From Euglena gracilis (taxonomy: Eukaryota): a DNA stretch of 64,000 nt. The notes beneath the pieces are model-generated. The model was given only the letters and a program-made list of their open reading frames with translations. It had not been told where the DNA came from and did no database searches. The stretch covers positions 19,888,642 to 19,952,641 of the forward strand of contig CP154954.1 of the NCBI GenBank assembly GCA_039621445.1. The letters are read 5' to 3'. Shown here in pieces: positions 37,708-46,072 of this stretch. Position 1 is the first letter of the stretch. Each line of letters opens with the position of its first letter. The position numbers and the translations under genes were made by a program.

Positions 37708-40700
37708 TTAAAACCGCGAGGACGTTCCCACTGGAGCGGCGAGCCGGCCAGCTCCGGAAAATCGCACTGCCAAATCGTACTCCCTCGAGGCAAGCCGACC
37801 AGGGAGGAAGGGACACCGAGGGCGAAGCACAAAGACCTTGTGAGGCCATGCCTTGCTCGCCGGCGGTGTTGTTTGGATTGTTTGGGTGCGCTGGGTTAGG
37901 AGGTCCCGCTTAGTGCCGCCTCGCCGGAGTTGGCTGACGATGCTGCTCCGACTTGGCGACGTGGCTTCTTGTCCCTGGGGGGTGTCCCCCCCTCCCCCCC
38001 CCCTGGCCCCCACTCTCTGACCGAGGGCTTTTGAACACAAATTTTCTTTTACGGGTGGGGGGTCGGGCTCACAAGGTCTTTGTGCTTCGCCCTCGGTGTC
38101 CCTTCCTCCCTGGTCGGCTTGCCTCGAGGGAGTACGAGACACCTCGGGCTCCGCACTTTGCCCTTGTGAGGCCAGATTGTGCACTGAAATTAGGGGGTCC
38201 AGGGCATTTTCCAGGGCACCTTGGGCACCAAGTCTTTGATAACGGGCTGTAAAAGCCTCCACCCCCTTCCACTGGCCAATTTCGCAAACTTCTTGGGCAG
38301 AAAGGCCCAATTTTTTGAGTAAACCAACTCCTGCTCCTCTGGTGGAGTGGGCCCCCCACACCTGGGGGGTCACCCCATGCTTGGCCAAGAAATCTTTTGT
38401 GATAGAAGCAATGGTGTCTGCACTTATGGCCCTGAAGGGGGGTTTTAATGAAATCAGAAGGGGGCCCCCAGGTCTGACGAATAAACGTGTAGAAGCCACA
38501 TAGCACATCATTAAATGAAATGGACTTATTTGGGGACATTGGGGAATGGACACCACCCGTTCCCATTTGTGAAATTTTTGTCCTTTACGCTTAATCTTGA
38601 TGTAGGGTGCCCTACCCAAAACACTGGTGGTTCGTTTGACTTGTGCCAAATCTGAGGATCGATATAAACAGAGGATGCGTGAACAAAAAATCAGTTGTGT
38701 ACGCAATGTACAAATGTCAGTGGGCATAGGCGCCTTTGCCAGCCCCAGGAGGATTGGGAGGGGATCCCAAAATGCCCCATACTTCTCCAAGTTTTGGTTC
38801 CAAAGCCTCCTGTAGGGGGTTAACAGAGTGTGGAATCTCAGCCCACCAAACCCAGGAATCAAAAGCATTGCACTATAGGCATTACGGGCTTGGGCCTTGG
38901 AAAATTGGAATAATTGAATTAAAGCGTCAGCCACCTGGTCTGTGGTGGCTTCAGGGGGGGGCACCCCCATTTGTTCCAAAATTACCCACAGAAGTGCAAA
39001 GGCACTCTGATAACGCTTTAAACTGGGGTTTCTCCCCAGGAAATCTTCAATGGTTTTAACCTGAATTTGTTTCCCTTCCAAAATTTGCCTGAGCAAATCA
39101 TGCAAAGGAGGGGCCACCTGGGGGGTGGCATTTGTTCCCCCTTGCAATTGGTGAACATGCCCTTGTAGGGGGTGATTTTCAGGCAGGGGGTCCCTGGAAC
39201 TTTCATTTTTATTAATTGGGGCCACCAGGTGGCTGAATCCCAGTAGGGGGTGACCATCAAAACTTTGGTCTGGGGAAACATTTTCAACCTGGGTAAAATT
39301 TTTTGAATTATTGACCAGGGGGGGTTTGCATAAAGATCCCCCATGCTGTCCTGTGGACATTGTAATGCATTTACTGCTGTGGCTTCCCAGTGGGGCCACC
39401 TGGCCACAAATTTGGGCAGTTTTTTGTTCCCTGGGGAGGCAAATAAATCTGTTTCCAGGTTTATGAAATCTTTGAACTGTTGTCTCAACCATTGAAAAAG
39501 TTGGGGGTCTAAAGAATAATCCCCCCTGTCCATTTCCCACCTGCTGATGGGGTCTGCTAGGCATTCCTTTGAAGGCACCCAGTTGACTTGGAGGTTTACT
39601 TGGTGCTCCATGCACCACTTGAAAAATGGTCTTAGCATTTTGTTGAAGGGGTCCTTTCTGCCCCCACCTTTTGTTAGGTAAAAATAAATTACCTGGTTGT
39701 CCACTGACAAGGAAACGGTTTCTCCAGATTTGCTCAAACTTTTCACAGTGTTTATTGCTGCACTGAGCTCCTTTACATTGATGTGCAAAATGGAGTCTTT
39801 TCTCCAAAATTCCTGCACAATTTCTCCTGTGTGGATGTCTAGCCCCCCCCAGGCATGGGTGCTGCTGTCTGAGTGCAACATTCTGGTTGCATTTTGGGGG
39901 AAGGGTCTGCCCCCCCAGGTGTCCAGCAGAATTTTTATTTCCCTTAATTGGGCTTTGATTTCCTGGGAAATGGGGTGTTTTGAGTCCCAGGGGGCTGTGG
40001 ACTTTGCCACCAGAAAATTTGCCAGGGTGTCTGTAAAAGCCCTTAGAAAGGGCAGGGCCATTAGATTGCATCTTATTTGGCCCAGAATGGCAGCCAACTG
40101 CCTTTTTGACATGTAATCTTTTTTCACGATTTTTCCCAGCTCCTTTTTTATGGTTTTGACTTTCTGGGGGGGCACCTGTAGCTTTCCTTCCTGGAAGTTT
40201 AGTTGAAAACCCAGATGGGTTACCACTTGGGTGGGCTGGAGGGTGGACTTTTTTATATTGATTTTGAACCCAGAATCCAGCAAATCTTTGACAACTCTGT
40301 CCAGGTGATTTTGCAATGTGTTTTGGGTGGGGGCCACCAGCAAAATGTCGTCCAGGTAAATATACACCTGGATGCCCCTTTTTCTCCACAGCTTTTCGAA
40401 CGTTTTCATCACCGACATGAAGATTTGGGGCATTATATTTAGCCCAAAGCAGCCTGTTTGAAATTCCCAGGTCTGCCCCCCCACCTGATGCCTTAAAAAT
40501 GGCTTTAGGCCTGGACTTACTGGAATATGAAAATAGGCATCCTTTAGGTCTATTTTGGCTGCCCAGTGGCCTTTTTCCAAAACTGGAAAAATGTGCTGGA
40601 TGTGATCCAGCCTGAAAGGTTTTACTTGAAACTGCTGATTTATTTCTCTGCAGTCGCTGATCATTCTCCACTTGGTTGTTCCCCCTTCTGGTTTTGAAAT

Positions 40701-42084
40701 TAAAAACCATGGGATCAAATGTTGGGTTTTTGAATCCCAAACCCGTTTCACTGCCCCAGTTTTTTCGTAATCCAGTAGGATTTTTTCTGCCTGGTTCAGG
40801 TCCAGATTGGCTCTGGGTTTTGGGTGGGTGGACAATTTTGGGGGATTTACCCAGGGGGGTTGAATTCCATTTTTGATCAGTTGACATGTTGCTGGGGTGG
40901 CATTTTTTGACCACCATTTTAGACTTTTCTGAAGTCTCTGGTACAGGGGGGTGTCTCCCCATTTTTCCTCCATGGAATTTATTTTCCCAATTAGATGATT
41001 TTTGGGTTGCTGGGTGGGGGGTGTTGGACATTGCACCCCTGGTGCCACTAGGGATTGAGCATTCTCTGAAGGTGGCTGGGGGGGTGTGCATGCTTTGCTC
41101 ACAGACTCTCTGATCCTCCACTTTGTCATTGGCGTTGTCGATTGACATACCATAGGGGCCCCATCTTGGGTCTCCCCCTTGTTTTGGTTTGCCCCTGCCA
41201 TGGGCATTGATAAAGAATATTGAGGGGGGGTTGCCCCCTTGTCCTCTATTGCCCCTTTGGGGGCATCCTCCTGGGGCTGCCACCGTACATTGAAACCCCC
41301 TGCTGGGGGACAGCCTTTTAGCTTCTGGGGTTTTTCCCCTTCTGATAATTGATGGCCCCAGTGGCCTTGAATTTGTTGTCGATGGTGTTGAGCCCAATAA
41401 GAATGACAATGGCCCCAGTGGCCTTGATGATAATTTTGGGCCCACTGGCCTTCTTGATGTCCCCATTGACTTCTCTTTGATCTTGGGCGCCATGCCCATT
41501 GAAAATCTTGGGGGGCCTCTGGGGGCCAATCCTTTTCCCCTGATGGGGTTTGTGATGATGAAGAAATGATTGGGGGGGTGTTGGACCTGCCCTGCCTGCC
41601 CCTGCTGGGCATTTGTTTTGTGGAATCGGCCACCCTGGCCTTGGTAATGTTGGCCACCCTGGCCTTTGTTCCATCGGCCACCATGGCCTTTGCTGTTTTG
41701 GCCGCCATGGCCCAGCTTGCTGTTTTGGCCTCCATGGCCCAGCTTGAACAAGGTATTGGTGTAACTGCGATTTGGGCCTCCATGGCCCTTGCCGTTGTGG
41801 CTTGACAGCTGCCTTGGCTTTGGTGTCCTTGGGTTTTTCTGACCACTGTCTGCCAATTTCTGTGGCTGTCCTGGGTGGGTTTTCAGAAATTTTTTCTGGT
41901 GTGGAGGGACAGCCACTGATCGCCACGGTTGCACCGCGCCGTCAGGTCGGCCAGCTGTGGCTGCAGCCAGTTCTTGGTTCAGCGACGCCTTTGTGTTGAC
42001 AATTGCATTTCTCATTGAAGTCTTGAATATGTCAACTTTGGCTTTGGCCTGGCAAGGGGGAGGTATTGGGTGGTTTTTTTCCAT
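37708..42084 (-). CDS. A2 long ORF (1458 aa): gag-like N-terminus, linker overlapping pol, tyrosine recombinase C-terminus
   Basis: YR catalytic set LYRSSDL, IKRKG, HSTR, GQW, ARYQ; the stop lies outside the element. Confidence 0.88.
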   Translation of the reverse strand: MEKNHPIPPPCQAKAKVDIFKTSMRNAIVNTKASLNQELAAATAGRPDGAVQPWRSVAVPPHQKKFLKTHPGQPQKLADSGQKNPRTPKPRQLSSHNGKGHGGPNRSYTNTLFKLGHGGQNSKLGHGGQNSKGHGGRWNKGQGGQHYQGQGGRFHKTNAQQGQAGQVQHPPNHFFIITNPIRGKGLAPRGPPRFSMGMAPKIKEKSMGTSRRPVGPKLSSRPLGPLSFLLGSTPSTTNSRPLGPSIIRRGKTPEAKRLSPSRGFQCTVAAPGGCPQRGNRGQGGNPPSIFFINAHGRGKPKQGGDPRWGPYGMSIDNANDKVEDQRVCEQSMHTPPATFRECSIPSGTRGAMSNTPHPATQKSSNWENKFHGGKMGRHPPVPETSEKSKMVVKKCHPSNMSTDQKWNSTPLGKSPKIVHPPKTQSQSGPEPGRKNPTGLRKNWGSETGLGFKNPTFDPMVFNFKTRRGNNQVENDQRLQRNKSAVSSKTFQAGSHPAHFSSFGKRPLGSQNRPKGCLFSYSSKSRPKAIFKASGGGADLGISNRLLWAKYNAPNLHVGDENVRKAVEKKGHPGVYLPGRHFAGGPHPKHIAKSPGQSCQRFAGFWVQNQYKKVHPPAHPSGNPSGFSTKLPGRKATGAPPESQNHKKGAGKNREKRLHVKKAVGCHSGPNKMQSNGPALSKGFYRHPGKFSGGKVHSPLGLKTPHFPGNQSPIKGNKNSAGHLGGQTLPPKCNQNVALRQQHPCLGGARHPHRRNCAGILEKRLHFAHQCKGAQCSNKHCEKFEQIWRNRFLVSGQPGNLFLPNKRWGQKGPLQQNAKTIFQVVHGAPSKPPSQLGAFKGMPSRPHQQVGNGQGGLFFRPPTFSMVETTVQRFHKPGNRFICLPREQKTAQICGQVAPLGSHSSKCITMSTGQHGGSLCKPPLVNNSKNFTQVENVSPDQSFDGHPLLGFSHLVAPINKNESSRDPLPENHPLQGHVHQLQGGTNATPQVAPPLHDLLRQILEGKQIQVKTIEDFLGRNPSLKRYQSAFALLWVILEQMGVPPPEATTDQVADALIQLFQFSKAQARNAYSAMLLIPGFGGLRFHTLLTPYRRLWNQNLEKYGAFWDPLPILLGLAKAPMPTDICTLRTQLIFCSRILCLYRSSDLAQVKRTTSVLGRAPYIKIKRKGQKFHKWERVVSIPQCPQISPFHLMMCYVASTRLFVRPGGPLLISLKPPFRAISADTIASITKDFLAKHGVTPQVWGAHSTRGAGVGLLKKLGLSAQEVCEIGQWKGVEAFTARYQRLGAQGALENALDPLISVHNLASQGQSAEPEVSRTPSRQADQGGRDTEGEAQRPCEPDPPPVKENLCSKALGQRVGARGGGGGDTPQGQEATSPSRSSIVSQLRRGGTKRDLLTQRTQTIQTTPPASKAWPHKVFVLRPRCPFLPGRLASREYDLAVRFSGAGRLAAPVGTSSRF

Positions 42085-42494
42085 GCCACCTTGCCTTGTC
42101 TGCTTTTTTGCCTGTTTTTGACGTTTTTCTGTGGCTCAGGACTTTTTCTAGCCTTCGCCACGGCAACCCGTTCGCAGCTTGTGGCACCAGTTCTTGTTGT
42201 TCAGCGAGGCTCTCTTCGTGTTGACAATTGCATTTCTCATTGAAGTTTGACATGTCCATTGTCACGAGTGTCACCTTCCGGATAATTCGATTGGTTCAAT
42301 TCTTTGAAATTCAATAAGCAGCTTCTTTGAATTGAAGTTCCTTTCTTCTGGGTTGTCGCAGGGCAAATTAAGAATCAGCCAACTCCGGCGAAAAAAGGCA
42401 CAAGTCAAACGAACCACCAGTGTTTTGGGTAGGGCACCCTACATCAAGATCAAGGCATGGCCTCACAAGGGCAAAGTGCGGAGCCCGAGGTGTC
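37775..42494 (-). mobile_element. DIRS1-like retrotransposon A2 (family A), 4720 bp, intact ORFs
   Basis: Left ITR 42375-42494, ICR 38066-38173 (complementary to both element ends), right ITR 37775-37937; no TSD seen. Confidence 0.96.
39018..41846 (-). CDS. A2 pol (942 aa): reverse transcriptase, RNase H, DNA N6-adenine methyltransferase
   Basis: KIDLKDAYFH, CFGL, YLDD; HSDSS..AWGG, HINVKEL, VDNQ; DLFAS...YANPPW. Confidence 0.95.
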   Translation of the reverse strand: MVRKTQGHQSQGSCQATTARAMEAQIAVTPIPCSSWAMEAKTASWAMAAKTAKAMVADGTKARVANITKARVADSTKQMPSRGRQGRSNTPPIISSSSQTPSGEKDWPPEAPQDFQWAWRPRSKRSQWGHQEGQWAQNYHQGHWGHCHSYWAQHHRQQIQGHWGHQLSEGEKPQKLKGCPPAGGFNVRWQPQEDAPKGAIEDKGATPPQYSLSMPMAGANQNKGETQDGAPMVCQSTTPMTKWRIRESVSKACTPPQPPSENAQSLVAPGVQCPTPPTQQPKNHLIGKINSMEEKWGDTPLYQRLQKSLKWWSKNATPATCQLIKNGIQPPWVNPPKLSTHPKPRANLDLNQAEKILLDYEKTGAVKRVWDSKTQHLIPWFLISKPEGGTTKWRMISDCREINQQFQVKPFRLDHIQHIFPVLEKGHWAAKIDLKDAYFHIPVSPGLKPFLRHQVGGQTWEFQTGCFGLNIMPQIFMSVMKTFEKLWRKRGIQVYIYLDDILLVAPTQNTLQNHLDRVVKDLLDSGFKINIKKSTLQPTQVVTHLGFQLNFQEGKLQVPPQKVKTIKKELGKIVKKDYMSKRQLAAILGQIRCNLMALPFLRAFTDTLANFLVAKSTAPWDSKHPISQEIKAQLREIKILLDTWGGRPFPQNATRMLHSDSSTHAWGGLDIHTGEIVQEFWRKDSILHINVKELSAAINTVKSLSKSGETVSLSVDNQVIYFYLTKGGGRKDPFNKMLRPFFKWCMEHQVNLQVNWVPSKECLADPISRWEMDRGDYSLDPQLFQWLRQQFKDFINLETDLFASPGNKKLPKFVARWPHWEATAVNALQCPQDSMGDLYANPPWSIIQKILPRLKMFPQTKVLMVTPYWDSATWWPQLIKMKVPGTPCLKITPYKGMFTNCKGEQMPPPRWPLLCMICSGKFWKGNKFRLKPLKISWGETPV

Positions 42495-43201
42495 GGGACA
42501 AAAGCCTTGCCTTCCCAAGAGAATTCACGCGCAAAAACCGGGAGACAAGCCCCCCCCCCCCCCCCCGCAGTCTGCCGCGGGGAGGGCGAGGTTTTCAGCA
42601 GCTCCTCGCCCAGCCTCCCTTTTGGAGGCTGAGGTAACCAAAAGTCAGTGTTCCACATTTCCGTGCCCCCCCCCCCCAGCAAGAAACCCCAGCAGCACCC
42701 GCCCCGTGCGCACTAACACTTTGTTGGCCAAAAAATGATAAAAAAGTGACAGTATAAAAAGTCCCATCCACCCCTCAGACACAAAAAGTTATACCCCCAA
42801 CAAACAAAATTTCATCTCCCGAAAAGGGGGGGAACCACATTTTTTTGTGGTTTTTTTTGCATTTCTCAATTTTGGCTAAATTTGCAGGGGTTTTGCTCTT
42901 TTGCGTTTTTTATTCCCAGTGATTTTTGAGTCTTTCACTGGAAATTTTTTTGACTGAGAAAAATTCCGTGTTCTGGCCTGCAAAGCAAAAACAAAACCGC
43001 AGCACCCACTCACATCAAAGCCAATCCAGAATGACAAACAGACTGCAATGACAGAATTTTGGAAGGGCGGGTGAGCCCATCACTGCGCAGTCAGACACGT
43101 CAGCAGGAGCCAAGCCCGAGCGACTTGTCTACAGCAGAAGGATGGCAGCCTCTGTCGTGTGTTTTGGATCCCAAAAAACTCCGCTTAAGAAGGGAGGGGT
43201 G

Positions 43202-43430
43202 CAGGCTGTTTGTTACCAACCCGGGGGGGGGGGAGGGAGGGTCCTTTGAAAATGGGCCATTTTTGGCTCCCCGGCGCCTTTGGCGCCGGGTCTGTGCTAG
43301 AGGGCACTTTTGGCCGTGTGCCCTACATCCCCCCGGGGGGGGGTCGGATCGGGAGTGCCTTGGAGTGCCTGCCCAGGCAGGCACTCCCCCCCCCCGGGGT
43401 GGGGTCGGCACCCGACTAAAATACGGCCTG
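43202..43430. mobile_element. hAT-like MITE, CAGGCTGT family
   Basis: caggctgt ... atacggcctg; perfect 8-bp TSD gaggggtg. Confidence 0.88.
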
Positions 43431-44755
43431 GAGGGGTGTCCCCTTTTCCAACATATTTTTTGAACCCTCCCAACAAGTTTTTTTTAGCACTGGGTGCTCC
43501 GGACCAACCGCCACTGGTGCATCAACACCAGTGGTGCAGACCACCCCCCCCCCCGAGGGGGGGCTTGGGGGGATCCACTTTGGGGGTTTCAATTTTGGGG
43601 TCCAATTTTTTGGCACTTTCCACCAAAAAAAGAGGAACCCCCCCTCCGGGGCACCCACTCTGCCCAGGGGGGAGGGCAGATCCACGCTCCTCCTGGGGTC
43701 AAAAAAAACTGAAAAAAAAGCTTCAACACAAATGGGATTCTTTTTACCAACCGGAGGGCCTTGTGTTATGGGGTGCTTGCCATAACAGGCTCATCCCCCT
43801 CCAGGGGGGGTCAGTTTTGGGTCCCGGTGCCTAAAAATACCCTTTTGGCCATTTCTCCACCTCCAGCACCGAGGGATGTGGCACTGCCCCCCAAAACCTG
43901 GGTGGGGGGGGTCGAAAATGCCCTCCTGCCCACAGCACCCACCTCCCGGATGGGGAGGGGGGGGGGCGACTTTCCTTAAAAAAAGCCGCACACCAAACAA
44001 CCTGCCCACCCGAAACGCGTGTGTTAACCTAATGTCAGTGATTTGTTTGTAGATGAGGCAGGAATGCATGATGTGCAAACAATCAGAGGCCGGCATCGCC
44101 ACAGAAACAAAGACCACAGAGGCAGAAAAAACAACTGGTGCAGCCAAGGAATGCCAGCCATACAGGGGTTCAGCACTGCACCATTTCCAAACAAAAACGA
44201 ACGAAAACAACGACGATGGGGCGGGGGGAACCACCCCTAATTACCGTCCACCCCACAGTCAGGGGTTGAAGGGGACCAAGGAAAAATAGGGGGGTTGCAG
44301 GTCAGGGCCCAGGTTGTGGGGGGGTTGCACCCCCCACCCAGGAGCACCTAAAGACCAAAGAAAACTCCGAAGGCGTCAAAAAAAAACTTTGACCTACACA
44401 TCGGCGACATCGGCGACCACCCATAGGGTTGCAGGGATCCCCGTACAGCCCTGCCCTTGTTGGGGTTGCAGGACCCCCCCCCCCGAACAAGAAATGCAAA
44501 TTGCCAAGCCGGCCAAGGGGAAAGGAAGTGAAAATTTCCAAATTCAGTTGGCGAAAAGGCTGCCCATGGCTTCAGTTTGCAATCGGAATGTGGTTTTCAA
44601 CATGTCACTCGTGTGGAAATCAGGAAAGGAAAAGAATGTCCTCATGTTGCCCATAAAGGTCTATGCATTTTGCAAATGTGAAGAACCAGGAGGATGGGGC
44701 TTATCTGTTGCTGCTGTTGGAATGTTGAATCAAATTCAAACTTTGTCCAGAAGTT

Positions 44756-45248
44756 CAGGGGGGGGGGAATTGATATCGGAGGCCTTCGGAAAAATTGCGG
44801 AAAAATTGCGGAAATTGCGGAAAAATTGCGGAAAAATTGATATCGGGTATACACATTTCTGCTTGAGGGGACTTAGAAAATTTCCAATTGTGAGGTTCAG
44901 AACACCGCAACACCCACGTCGATGCAGGCGAGCACAAATCAACACGCTTGATGTTCTTTGCACAGGTGGGACGCACCCAATCCTGTGACCAGTGGTGCAC
45001 CTGTGAGAAAAATTGGTCAACTGGGGGGGAACAACAAAACGCAATAGCACACCTGTTGATCCATTTGAAGAATGGCTTGAACTCATTGCATCTTCCATCT
45101 TCGGTGGTGGGGAAAAAATTCTTCAAAAAAATGGTGAAAAATTGCGGAAAAATTGCAGAAATTGCGGGAAAATTGCGGAAAATTGCGGAAATTGCGGAAA
45201 ATTGCGGAAATTGCGGAAAAATTGCGGATATCAATTCCCCCCCCCCTG
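44756..45248. mobile_element. MITE with aattgcggaa subterminal repeats
   Basis: caggggggggaattgatatc ... gatatcaattccccccctg TIR; flanking cagaagtt repeat offset by 3 nt. Confidence 0.7.
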
Positions 45249-45787
45249 CTTCAGAAGTTGCAATTTGTGTATCCCCCGGGGAAGTCTATAGCAGGGCTAG
45301 CACGTGGAAAATTTTTTCCTGTGACCAGCGCGAAGCACCGAAATATTAAAAAAAAGATAAGGAAAAAGATAAAATTTCAGGACCAAAAACTGGCCAAAAA
45401 TGCCCATTTTTGGCCGACTTTGGAATTTTTTTGGGAACAAAATCAGCAAAATTTCCAGTTGGGGGGACCCCAAACCTGGGGGAGGGGGGGGGGGGCAAAG
45501 AAAATTTCTCAGACTGCAGAAATAAGCATTTTGTTAACCAAAAAGTGCCAAAAAAATGTCAAAATATTGACAAGATTTTTTGTCTCGGGGGGAAAGAAGG
45601 GCCAAAACGAGGAATATCAAAATATCCGCATCAAAATATTTCTCCAGGAAAAAAAAACCTCAAAAAACACAAATTTTGCAAATTGAAAGACGTAAAAAAA
45701 ACGCGGTCGTTAGACAAGAGGGGTGGACCCCAGGTAGTCTTCTTTGACCCCCCCCCAAATGCCCATTGACCAGACTGGGATGGGAAG

Positions 45788-46072
45788 CAGGCTGTTTTTA
45801 CCAACCCCGGGGGGGGAGGGGGGGTCCGGAGTGCCTGCCCAGGCAGGCCCCCCCGGGGGGGTCGGATTTCGGCCTGTGCCCAGGCACATTCCTTTGAAAA
45901 TAGGGTATTTTTGGCTCCCCGGCGCCGGGGTTGTGCTTGGGCACTTTTGGCCGTGTGCCCAACCCCCCCGGGACCGGGGGTCGGATTGGGAGTGCCTTGG
46001 AGTACCTGCCCAGGCAGGCACCCCTCCCCCCCCCCCCGGGGTGGGGTCGGCACCCGACTAAAATACAGCCTG
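45788..46072. mobile_element. hAT-like MITE, CAGGCTGT family, second copy
   Basis: Same termini and internal sequence as 43202-43430; TSD atgggaag/atggggag. Confidence 0.85.

Larger units (their letters stand above)
16230..42660 (+). mobile_element. Old, internally deleted DIRS element 'D', surviving only as spacers (~16230-16836, 21344-21385, 25948-26265, 37657-37774, possibly 42495-~42660) between younger insertions
   Basis: Spacers rejoin into a decayed YR/ICR sequence: ataaggcaga|cact (ADT; compare ataaggcagatacc in copy C), ttggtcagcgga...ttggtgcccaag, and ggaagg|ggcaccgcgggcgaagc matching the ICR. Outer limits approximate. Confidence 0.6.

Noticed and set aside
37708-39060. Tyrosine recombinase plus methyltransferase read as a prophage, integron or restriction-modification system
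   Set aside because: Both lie within ITR/ICR-bounded elements with RT-RNase H, which is DIRS architecture in an intron-rich eukaryote.
39018-41846. RT read as a retron, DGR or group II intron
   Set aside because: LTR-type RT with RNase H; the ICR/ITR repeats are explained by DIRS replication and show no adenine-specific TR/VR mismatch pattern.
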